Assembly (NCBI GenBank): GCA_012295275.1
Contig: CM022674.1
Span: forward strand, 9,734,001 to 9,798,000
Length of the DNA: 64,000 bases
Origin: Chrysomallon squamiferum
Lineage: Eukaryota > Animalia > Mollusca
Direction: 5' to 3'
Numbering within the stretch: position 1 is the first letter of the stretch; each line of letters opens with the position of its first letter. The translations under genes were made by a program, and so were the position numbers. Below are positions 52,178 through 64,000 of this stretch, piece by piece. The notes beneath the pieces were generated by a model that had not been told where the DNA came from, ran no database searches, and saw nothing but the letters and a program-made list of their open reading frames with translations.

Positions 52178-53523
52178 ATAACAATAATAATAATAAGAAG
52201 AAGAAGAAGAAGAAAATTAAATAAAAAAATTATTAAAAAATTAAATAAAAATTTTAATTTAATATATTGTAAATAATTTATTACTATTAATAGTATTATT
52301 AACAATATACAATAACAGTAGTAGTGGTGGTGGTGGTGATGGTAGTAATAGTAGTAGTGACAGCAGCAACAGTAGTAGTAGAAGAAGTATTTACAAAAAT
52401 AACGTTACCTTTACGACAACATTCTTGTGACGTACCATAATACCATCGAGGAGTAATGCGTAGAAGTCTGAGAAACTTCTTATCTGCTTGGACACGTTAC
52501 CACTCCGTCCATGGTGCAGGGGGATCCCTTTTTGTGAGAAGTAGGCAGACAACTCGTTCACAACAATCTGTTTAAATATATTTTTAATGAATCAGTGCTG
52601 CATATGTATATATTATTATGTATATTTATTTATTACTACTTTGTTGTTGTTTTTTTCTTATTTCTTTTATATCGATTTATCACAGAATGCCATTAAAGGT
52701 CGCAAGATATGAAAAGAGCAAAATAGAAAGAAAAAGAATAAAAAGTAGATGATGAAAATTATTCATTCGCCTGCTCTGTAGTATCTGAATTAGATTTTGT
52801 TTCATATACATTTATATTAATACGCGTAAACCTATTTTTTACTAATATCGTTAGTGCCAATAGTAGTGCCTTTCAAGTATTTTGGATTTAAAAAGCTTCT
52901 CAAGTATTGATCATTTAAAATACCTGCTCGGGTATTGTTTCTGAAAACATTAATTTGTAATCTACTTCTGTCATGCTCATATCCTGTTAAAATAAGAAAA
53001 CAAATATATATCATTTGTAAAACAGAAAAATAACAAGAAAATAACATATATATATGTATGTATGTATGTAAAATAAAACAATAATGGAGATTGGAATTTT
53101 CTCTCTGTTGTGATATATTTCATACATGTCAATGTAAATGAATCCGAGAAATTGTGTGAAGTGAAATTTGCAGTGAGTATTTACTTTGTTTATGAAAAAA
53201 AAAAACACATCTTTAAGCAAGTAATATTATGTTTTATCTACCTGGAGAGCAGAACTGATTTGTTGCTTGGTTATCACTGTAGAACCTGCAGTTTGCTTCT
53301 TTCTCAGCTGAGCCACGAGGCGGTGAACAAAGTCTCTGTCATTCACCTGAGCGTTGTAAGAATCTTTTACTTTAGTCACCATCTCTACACTCTCCCTGAA
53401 ACAACAACATCTCATTGTTATTAATTATCCTCATCATCATGGTAACATATCTATATCTATAATCTATAATCTATAACCTATAATCTATAATCTATATCTA
53501 TATATCTATCTATATATATATAG

Positions 53524-53567
<44 letters not shown>

Positions 53568-54704
53568 ACATAAACCTGATATATATATTTACTGCTAAAA
53601 GGCTAATGATGTTTGCTTTAACTCATTAAACAAAGGTGTACAAGTGAAATCAAGACTCTGTTGTAATCTATTACTTGAGTCTGTTTACATGAGTCGTTAG
53701 TTGCTTACCTCACCATGGGTGTGGCGGGTCGAATCACGGGGTAGTCTGCTAAACGTGCTGAAAACTCCTTCTTAAACACCTCTCTTTCATTTTGTGAAAA
53801 CTAAATTAATAATATTAAATTATTAAAATAAACTAAATTAATAAATAATTCATCAAGACAGAAAAATATATCGACTGAAATGTTTAATTAAAAACATGAG
53901 AATTATTCAGAACATTACAAAATTAAGTGAATGTTTAAATGTCAGTCAACTTTTTTAATTTGTGTACATCACTCAGTGAGAATTTAACATAATTTTGTCA
54001 TAAGTACATAACAAGAACATAACGAGGAAAGCAGTTTAATAACCTGACAATGAATGTTTAGAGAGCTGAGTAAAACTGTTTGTAATCTCACCACTAGTAC
54101 ACCTATTGTCTTTTCCTTGATGCTGGATGTCAGCGAATCAAACCAGCCACTCTGCTCCTCTTCCAGATTATCCCGATTTAAAAACGAGTATTGAGGTAGC
54201 ATGTTAAGATACCAACCTTAATAATAATAATAATAATAGCGATGCTAATGATGGTGAGGATAATTAATAACGATAATAATGATTATAATTATAATAATTA
54301 ATAATAATAATTAATAATAATGATGATGATGATGACAATAACAATAATAGTAATAATGTGCTGTTACTCTCAAGGACAGCACAGCAAACCAGTAGCAGAA
54401 AACAAAAATGTATATACATATATATTATTATTATTATTATTATTATTATATGTCCTGATCCAAAAAGTCTTCATATGAACGACAATTACAACAGTAGTAC
54501 AAAAATTGTTTTGACGACTATTGTGTTTGTTGCTGCTGTTGTTATTACTGTATGCAAATAAATGAAATTACCATCAAAGCAACTGACTGGAAAATTGTTT
54601 AGTGTCCCGCCATCCACAAAAAATTCATCTCGACCATTAACGTTACAAAGCTTGGGCTTCATTAAAACTGTAATATGATAAAGACTATTAGAAAATGTAT
54701 ATAC

Positions 54705-54776
<72 letters not shown>

Positions 54777-55631
54777 TAAGAAAATATCTAGCAAACAAAT
54801 ATCAAAAAAAAAAGTCTAACAAATATTTCAATATAAAAGTTAAATACTAACATGGAATTGCAATAGACATAGCTAATGCTTCCACTATAGCCAGCTTTGG
54901 CGTTGTTTTTGGATGAAAATATTCCACTTCGGAGGCAGATACATTGGCAGCAACAATACAAAGTTCTCGTCCATGTTCGTAATACAGCTGTAGAAATAAT
55001 TTGAAATGCCTGTAGTTTCATTCTTTAGTAATAAATTCTATGTATATGTTATTATTAGTAGTAGTATTAATAATAACCATAGTATACAGATACATAGTTT
55101 ACATAGTATATAAATCCTTTACGTTTACAGAAGCATGAGATTTACCTCTCCGAAGGTCAAGCCACATTTACCAAACTTTGACTCGATGATCTCTGACATG
55201 GTTTGCTTGAACTTGTTACCAGAGTGCCAGCCATAATGAAACAGAAGGTTTGGCAGGAGAGACCAGTATCCCCATGAAGAATCTGATAAACAACATCAAA
55301 ATAATGTAAACGTTTATTTCTTAGCAACATATCCTCAGTTTGAAGAGTTGTATGTAACAGTTGTAGTTATTGTTATGAGTAACAAATAGAGGGCAGATAC
55401 AGAAATAGTACGTATAGAGATCGCAATACCTAGAAATGAGTTAAGGGTTATCTTCCTTGACAATTCCTGGATTTCTTTTGATGTAAAGCCCAAGGCCATC
55501 AAAGTAGCAAAAATAGATCCCATACTAACTCCAGCAAATCTCTTTATGTTTTCCATTATACCTGTCTCTTCTAAAACCTAGTAATAATAATAATAATAAA
55601 TAACAACAACGACAACAACAACAACAATAAC

Positions 55632-55729
<98 letters not shown>

Positions 55730-55920
55730 CTTCTTATTACTTTGTAAGCAGACACATATAATTCATGCAGCTTTTTGTTTGTGCATGTTTGAGTGAATGT
55801 GTAAACTACCTGCATAAAGCCAATGTAAGAAACTCCTTTCGACCCGCCTCCCTCCAGGACGATGTTTTCGAACGGAAATGTCAGTTTCTTCAACTCAGCC
55901 ACAGCGCTGCTCGAGGTCAT
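50515..55920 (-). CDS. Patatin-like phospholipase (ExoU/VipD/RssA-like patatin subfamily), about 463 aa, about 12 exons
   Basis: Exons 55810-55920, 55430-55577, 55146-55282, 54852-54987, 54572-54667, 54092-54216, 53709-53800, 53242-53395, 52924-52983, 52409-52567, 51773-51865, 50515-50595 (1392 nt, phase-consistent). Motifs: oxyanion loop ENIVLEGGGSKG, nucleophile FAGVSMG, MSIAIP, and catalytic FVDGGTLNNFP. A probable 5'UTR intron lies upstream (acceptor near 55927, donor near 56245). Confidence 0.9.
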
Positions 55921-56958
55921 TTCGGTCTAAATAATTTTAAAAGTTTATTAAAATCATTCAACCATATTAAAAATTCAGACTACATAAGTATAATTATTTT
56001 AAAGTTAAAAATAGCTGAACTAGTTACAACAGAAGTAGTAAATGTGATAATACTAACAAAATGCTAGTTTTGTAAATAATATTAACTAGTTGTTGTTGTA
56101 ATAATAAAAATAAAAATAGTGAAACAGTTTAGTTACAGTAGCAAGAAAAGGTAAGTGCAGAATTACATTTGTTTTACTAAATGTCTGATATTTGTAAATA
56201 TTTTATGTTAAGAAAAGCAAGGAGTAGGAATATTAGATCAGATTACCTTTTAGCAGTTGTGTCTGTCAGGTATCAAAATATGAATAACTTAACCTAGGTA
56301 TTATATTTAATTTCAGTGCACAATTCACAAACACACGTGTCACACTGAACACTGAACAGTGAAAAAATAACGACACATTTTACAATCAGAATCTGTTGTT
56401 GCTGATAGAGTGTTCATAATAAATCACAAACAAATTATCAGTTTTCTGATTTATTATCTTTTCTTAAATAAATCTAAATGTAAACCTGTGTTTATAACGT
56501 CATAAAACTTTGGTTTCTAATTGACTACAATGAAATCAATATTGTATACAGCAGAATAATCTAAGTAATAATATTATATATGTGTGTGTGTGTATGTGAG
56601 TACGTGTGTATATATATATATAATCGTGTGCGGGGTGTTTATGTATGTATGTGTAAATATAGGCAGAGAGACAGACAGACAGATAGATAGATATGTAAAT
56701 GCTATTTCCTTTGCGCTAACAAAATATATATTATTACTGACGTCTGCACATAGATATATAATTTTCATTTTAACAAACACTTACTACGTACATTAGTTAC
56801 ATACGCCTCCAACACAAATGCATAATTTCATTATAACAAATATTTGTAATAGATAATTTTCATTTTAAAAACAACTCACACACACATTAATGATTAATTT
56901 TATTAAACACACGCACGCACAAAACACCCGTTTTCACTCATACATATCACATGTAGCA

Positions 56959-57012
<54 letters not shown>

Positions 57013-57162
57013 ACACATACACACATGTCCACTTCTATTCTGTTGTCTTGAACCAATCAGATAGCTAGCTGACTCGTATAGTAACAGGACACACACAATA
57101 CCAGGAACCTCTCATAATGGTTTCATAAAACCCACTGTTTTGTTTATTTATTTATTTATTTA

Positions 57163-57223
<61 letters not shown>

Positions 57224-57770
57224 CTTTTTTTTTTTTTTTTTTTTTTTTTTTGTAATGTCCAATATTAAAATTTTAACCAATAGAATTTATCCTTTAGTTA
57301 GACGAGGAAGAAAACGTAAACCGGACATCCTCTTATTCTGCTTGTCACCGAGCGTATATAATTTTACTTTTAAAACGCAATTAGTAATAAACACACCCAC
57401 TGCGACTCTCTATTTTTTAATTTTGTTTTTTATTGTTTTTACAATCGCATTCGTGTTTATAAAGTCACTGACGCCAAGTTTAGTTTTTAAATATTTCTTG
57501 TGTAACGGCTACACAGCAACACATAAAATTTTACATACAAAATTATTATATAGACAAATGCATACACACATACACACACACACACACACGTAATATGTTT
57601 GGTTTATGTTAGGTTTTATACGCACATGTATTATTTGGATCTGATGACATTTAATAATAACAAAAATAATAATAATAAAAACATGTGTTATGCATACATA
57701 CATTTATATATCATCAGACCTAAAGGATACACACAGCGACATACATACATACATACATACATACATACAT

Positions 57771-57820
<50 letters not shown>

Positions 57821-59079
57821 TTATGTACGCATGCCAGTACACATAAATCTATATATATAATATACAAAGTTGACATATGTTAAATAGGTTCTCTTCCTCG
57901 TACATAAGATGAGTTGGTGAATATTGTCTAAGGTAAACTAGGACAACAGGAGCTCGCGCGAGTCAGTGGCCTGTGTCCAAAAGCAAGTGTTTACCTCGGG
58001 TATACAGCATGATTTCCTTCGTCACAAGAAGACTACAGCTGGCGAGGTAAGCTGTTGTCTTACTTAACTAACACACTTTGCTGTTTTGATTAACAAGATT
58101 ATAGTTGTGTGTAAAGGTTGTGCTGAAACTTAAATATTGTAAAGTTGAATATGCGCACGATTGTCGAGCATTCTTTGCATTTCTGCATCTTTTATAGGTC
58201 ACATATTTAAACTGAATTTATGTGATAAGAGTTTGTACATATGTGTTAATCAGTTAATGTATGTAGTAAACTATATATTTAACAATTAATTTTTCAATCC
58301 ACTGAGACAGATTACAAGAGCAAATTATAATTTGCATATCAGCTATTACATACGTTTATTTTACTAACGTGAGATATGATTATTTATTTATGGTCACAAG
58401 TTACGATGCTCATAATCAACATTTCTTGGACAGCTCGTTCTGAAAGTATCAGTTAAGAGTAAATCATTTAGTGAGGTAATTTCAAGTGAAATCAGAGCAG
58501 TGTGTACTATCCCGAGTCTTGTCAATAATAATTACATGATTTGTGTGTCAGGGATCAGGTTTCTGATCATCAGAACGGTCGTTGTCGTTCAGTCCCGAAA
58601 TGTCGGCACGAAAACAGTAACACTGTGACAGTTACTAAAGCACTTTAATTCTATTTTAACAACAACAGCAGCAGCGATAATGATAGTCGTGATGTTGATG
58701 ATAATAGCAGTGTTAATTATAATAACAACAATAACAATGATAACAGTCTCTCTTTACTTGTAAACAGACTGTCTTAATGATGTCGTGGGTGGATTTAGGT
58801 TTGAACATTAAAATAAACACCACGAACACTCGCCCCTTTTCTTCACCTGGACCCGCCTCATTTCTGTTACGTAAATCAATGATTTGTTTAATTTGTACTG
58901 TGAAGAGGTCAGACGTACAGCGAAGTAGTAGTCGTTTTATTCTCGGTTTTGTTTTTCATAATTATCAGTTATTAAACTGCTAGACAAACACGAGGTGAAA
59001 TTAAAGTTACTAGTTGTAATGCAAAACACTGTAATTCTAATATTTATGTACATTTAAACATTTTCTATTATTGTTGTTG

Positions 59080-59110
<31 letters not shown>

Positions 59111-59249
59111 CATTATTATTACATACAAAAGTATCTGCGTGTTTGTATATTTGTGTAGTGTTATTTTATACATACATATATATACACACACAAACACAAA
59201 TTATTATTAATGAAGCAAAAGAATGAGATGCGAAAAAAAAAGAATTTGT

Positions 59250-59252
<3 letters not shown>

Positions 59253-59334
<82 letters not shown>
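59253..59334. repeat. (TC)n microsatellite
   Basis: Pure dinucleotide run that produces the ER/SL-repeat ORFs. Confidence 0.95.
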
Positions 59335-59337
<3 letters not shown>

Positions 59338-61064
59338 ATATATTGCATACTTTATGTTTAACTTCGTTTTAAAATATAACTTGTTCAATCTAATAATTTT
59401 ACAACTTGCTGTACCGGATGTCATTAGTTTCTGCTTAAATTCATAAATATAAAGGTGTGTTAAGCTTGTAACTAAACTGTAATCCAAACTCCAGCATATT
59501 TGTACTTTTTCTTGTTGTTACCAGATTCGTCTTTCTCAGCTTTTATTTCCAGTAATGTCTTGAGGTCAAATCTTTTTTTATTTTTTATTTTATTTTCATT
59601 AGTAGTTATAAAATTTCCCGAGGGCTGCTTAACTTTTTTGCTATCGGTGCTTTCATTAAAAGCTAATAACAACGAAGAACTATTTATCTTTTGATCAAGA
59701 TAAAATGTATAGATAAATTATTATTGCTCAAAATTAGCACTAGTTCAAAGAGAACGTTTTAATAAATAATAATAATAATAATAATAATAGTAATGTTGTT
59801 GTTGTTGTTGTTGTTGTTATCAGAAAAAGAAGAAGAAGAATGAATGAAAAAAAAAAGGAATAAAACAACATTAGCAACATTAAAAAAAAAAAAAATCAAC
59901 AAAAACAAATACTAATTATTGAATGAATGTTTAATATCGTGTGTCATGTATGTTATTTAATTTATTATCGAGAATTGATTGCCCTGGGACAAACGTCATA
60001 AAACTTCAATATATTTATCACCGAATATATCTCGTTAACGTCAATTATTTTCTCTTTTTTCAACATTCTTTGTTTTACCGAAGAGGTTCAAAAACAGAGT
60101 ATATTTTGTAATCTAAATATTACCTTTAAGCAAAACAAAGCTAATTGAAAAAGATCGATTTAATGTGTCATTTAGATTGGAAAATCAATAAAATTGATAA
60201 ACCAGTTCGGTGTACCGTTACAAAAGTAATTGGTCTTGTATATTTCCTTTGCACATTTGCCAACGATATAAATATTGCCATCAAAGGTTATTATTTCTGA
60301 GAAAGAAATGGCGTAGGCATTGGCCATCGATCGTCTGAAACTGGCGAGTGATGACTTAAAAGTATAGTAAAACGTAGATCAGAAAAATAAACACTCATTA
60401 TTTAGCTTTTAATGTCGCCAGGTAAGTACTTATATTCTTTTATTGTTAACAGTTTAAAAAAATAAATATAAATAAATATAAATAAAAAATAAACTGACAG
60501 AGCCGTAAAGAAATAAAACTGTATGATTTCATTTCAATTTTAAGGAAAAACTGTTTTAAAATTTCAAAATTAAATTGATAATTAAACCACATGTAACAGA
60601 TGCTCGGCGTTGTTATTAATGTTATTATTGTTGTTAATATTGTTATTATTACTACTGAACTTGTTGTTATGTTATTATTATTATTTTTTTTTTTTTGTTG
60701 ATATTACTGTTACAGCGGTAAAACAGCTGTTAGTACAACAGTTTTTATGATAGTTATTATCATAAAAACAGCAACAACAGCTACATCTATTTCAATAACT
60801 ACGATTAGTAGAACCAAGTTTTTACTATGTTATTACTTCTACAGCCACAGTTGTCATGTTTCTCACTAAACTTCAACAAGTGTTACCATGACATTTTATA
60901 TTTACAATACATGTTATTAAGTAGAATATTTTAAAATTAAACTGAAACTGATGTCTGGAAATAGTCTTGTTGAATTTTATAAATAGAAACATGTGTGTAT
61001 ATATATAATATTCTTGGTCATGCTGATTTCGTTTCTTTTTTGTCTCTCTCTCATGTTTAGTTTA

Positions 61065-61523
61065 TTACTACTACTGCTTCTACTACTACTGCTACTACTA
61101 CTACTATAACTACTACTACTACTACTATTGATACTAGTATTTGTCTTCGGTACAATCGATTAAAACAGAGATGTTCAATACCTGTTATTATTATCATCAT
61201 TATTAGCGGTAGTAAATTTAATAATGCAATATTAGCAGTAGTGATAGTAATAAGGTGGTAGTAGGAGATGTAGTAGTAATAGTAGTAGTAGAGTAATAGT
61301 AATAACAGTAAATAATAATATTGGCGGTAGAAATAGTAGCAATAAAGTAGTAGTTGCAGCAATAGTAGTAGTAATAGTAGTAGTCGTAGTTGTATTTATG
61401 GTAGCAGATGTAATAAAAGTAGCTATAATAGTAGTATTTATCGTAATAGTAATAGTAGTAACAGTTGTATTTGTAGTAGTGGTAGTAGTAATAGTAATAG
61501 TAGTAATAATAAAAGTAGTCGCT

Positions 61524-61560
<37 letters not shown>
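61065..61560. repeat. Degenerate (ACT)n and (AGT)n low-complexity tracts
   Basis: Trinucleotide tracts that produce the poly-T/V/L/Y ORFs between 61057 and 61665. Confidence 0.85.
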
Positions 61561-61562
<2 letters not shown>

Positions 61563-62591
61563 CTATGGCTGTTTTTGGCTTTAAATAAGAACATGTTGTT
61601 AAATATATTAACAGCATATAAATATACGTAGAAACGTTAACGTAAACACTTGTAAACCGTGCCACTGTCGAAGGTTACGCTTGCTAGAAAGCGCAGTCGA
61701 TGTTGTTTAAGAACCACGTCAGTGTATTTGCCTAGAAGCGCGCCGAACTGTACAGTGTTTGAGAGTTGTTATCTCGCTGTCACAAGGACTCATTTTGTAT
61801 TATTAGTGTTGATGATCGTCAGTTTGCTGAAAATATTTTTCTCTTACTTCCATTATGATAGTTTATTAGTGTCACGAATATTCGAATTGTTACGGAAATT
61901 GCCGACGTATTACGGAAATGATTACCCTTCAGCACTTTCTGAAATTTAGATGAATATAGTTTTTAAGTGTTCTATTTGTGTTTATCATCTTTTAATTTCA
62001 CTCGGTCTTGGTGTGTGGAAATTAAAGATAAACGGCTAATTAAATAGCAAACAGAAAATACCTGAATAAAAAAATATTTGATGAAAAATATTTTATTACT
62101 GATGGTTATTATGTTATTATGGTCAGCCATTACATAATTATAATGTTGAACGAAATGTCGACTTTCGATGTGTTGTTGCTTTTAGATAATAGCAAAGTAT
62201 ATTTTATATTAATAATTATCCCCTTCAGTCAGTAAACATATTTAGTAAACAAGTCTTAAATGCGCACAAATACAGATATTACTTTTTTTTTTTTTTCTTT
62301 TTTTTTTTTTTTAAATTATCTTTCTACAACATAATGTATAATATTTTAACAGAAATAACAATTAAACGTAATTTCTCATCACGGTTGAAATGACCTTAAA
62401 TGACAAGTCATCCAGTCTAGGACATATCAAAGTTACTTATATTTACAGAAGCTATTAATAGAAAATTAACTGTGGCGAGAAATAAGTCGTACTAACTGAC
62501 GAACACAAAACTAAATATTGATATACTATTTTTGTTCGTTTTTGCTTGTGGACAAACCATTTTTTTCTAAAGTATTAATATATTTTTTCTT

Positions 62592-62629
<38 letters not shown>

Positions 62630-62905
62630 CAGAAAAAGAGTGTAATACATAATTATAAAAAAAAAAATAAAATAAAGATAATGATTTATTTCTTTGAAGC
62701 CGAGTTCTCGTCTGCTCTGTTGTACAATATTAGCAGCAAGGGGCGTGCCACACATCCTGAAAAGTTATATATAACATTGTTTACACATTCACAATATTAC
62801 GCCTAGTTATCAAAAATTATTATTATTATTATTATTATTATTATAAATTAAAAGCTAAATATTAATAAATAATGAAATAAATTTAGAAACACGAGAAGAC
62901 TGTTT

Positions 62906-63170
62906 TCAGTCGGAGATCGTTTTGACCCGGTGTCTGTAGAAAAATGTTTCCATTGTTCTCCCATCCCAGTCAGTGGAGACACTTATCACACATTTTCCTG
63001 TTAAAAGAAACAATGTCTAGTTAGCTCAGTCATAACATAAACTATTAGAACCAGACAGATAACTTTTGGAAGATAAGTACTTTCTGAAGCGTTGTTAACT
63101 TAAGCATCATCAACATGGTGGTGAGTACGTATTCCATGTACTGCTACCACTGTTATTATTATTATTATTA

Positions 63171-63260
<90 letters not shown>

Positions 63261-63579
63261 TTATTATTATTACTGTTATTGTTATTATTATTATTATTAT
63301 TAACATTATTGCTGTTATTATTATTATAAATAATGTACAAAAATACAAATTTAAAAAGAAAGTAAGGTGAAAGAAAGGAAGAAAGAAATGAGTAAATAAA
63401 ATAAATCCTGTGTAATGTTATAACTGCCACCTGTGTGTAATCTCACACTGTGATTAAAGTCTCACTGAACAAAGACATCAAGCAAACATTTCACTTATTT
63501 AAACATACCAGACTTTGGCTGAACCCGACCCCACGACCTATCATATTTCAAGTGAAACCGGCTCACCCATTTTTTAACC
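62906..63579 (-). CDS. Possible terminal exons of an unidentified gene entering from the right edge (63509-63579, 62906/62927-62997, perhaps also ~62731-62757)
   Basis: GC-richer blocks are bounded by TTTCAG/TTAACAG acceptors and a GTATGT donor. Joined in phase they read VKKWVSRFHLKYDRSWGRVQPKSG-KCVISVSTDWDGRTMETFFYRHR. No family is recognised. Confidence 0.3.
63153..63328. repeat. Long (ATT)n microsatellite
   Basis: Directly visible. Similar (ATT)n, (AGT)n and (AC)n tracts occur near 1236-1307, 4642-4707, 5235-5315, 9740-9799, 55627-55727 and 56961-57005. Confidence 0.95.
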
Positions 63580-63911
63580 CTGAAATAACGCAGCAAATAT
63601 TTGCGTTCATTATTCTTTTTTTTTTTTTTTTAATTTCTTTACTTGCTTTTTTTTTTTTTCTTTTATCTTCCTTTTTTTTTTTTTTTTTTTTTTTTTCCTG
63701 TTTAACAATGATCGAGTTAACACAATATAAACAATAACTTCAATATTCTCATTTATCTGTGTCAGTTTAATCACTTAATTCACTTTACAGTTCACTTTTC
63801 TGTTAATGATTTTCTATTAATTCAAACACGGTATTTGTGTAAGTAGATTTATGTCTGTTCTTTTAAATTATTATTATTATTATTATTATTATTCATTTTA
63901 TTTTATTTTTT

Positions 63912-63913
<2 letters not shown>

Positions 63914-64000
<87 letters not shown>
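63914..64000. repeat. (GA)n microsatellite running off the window end
   Basis: Directly visible. Confidence 0.95.

Noticed and set aside
61659-61949. 96-aa plus-strand ORF
   Set aside because: It has a GTG start with an in-frame stop just upstream, no compatible splice acceptor was found, and no motif is recognisable.

Overview
AT-rich, microsatellite-rich eukaryotic genomic DNA with GT-AG introns, from an invertebrate animal and most plausibly a mollusc (inference from gene families and repeat types). Five spliced protein-coding genes were reconstructed by hand with phase-consistent exons. (1) A class A GPCR with an NRY motif, melatonin-receptor-like (+, 9276-10679). (2) TMEM201/Samp1/Ima1 (+, 13901-19795). 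(3) A signal-peptide-bearing, probably GPI-anchored cyclase-family (KynB/isatin hydrolase-like) metallohydrolase (+, 22010-25060). (4) A very large 35-exon receptor guanylyl cyclase-like gene (-, 48436-25761, about 1,730 aa). (5) A patatin-like phospholipase (-, 55920-50515). There may also be the 3' end of a sixth gene at the right edge. The standout is gene 4. Its ectodomain has three bacterial-adhesin-like Ig repeats, a Venus-flytrap/ANF domain with a large insertion and three EGF repeats, and its cyclase domain has Tyr in place of the conserved catalytic Arg (TASYMES). Non-coding features include Tigger/pogo-like MITEs, an insertion with a 6-bp TSD, a decayed tRNA-derived SINE and three minisatellites, one apparently amplified from the gene's own 5' splice site. 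Most ORFs in the supplied track are artefacts of simple repeats or exon-intron read-through.
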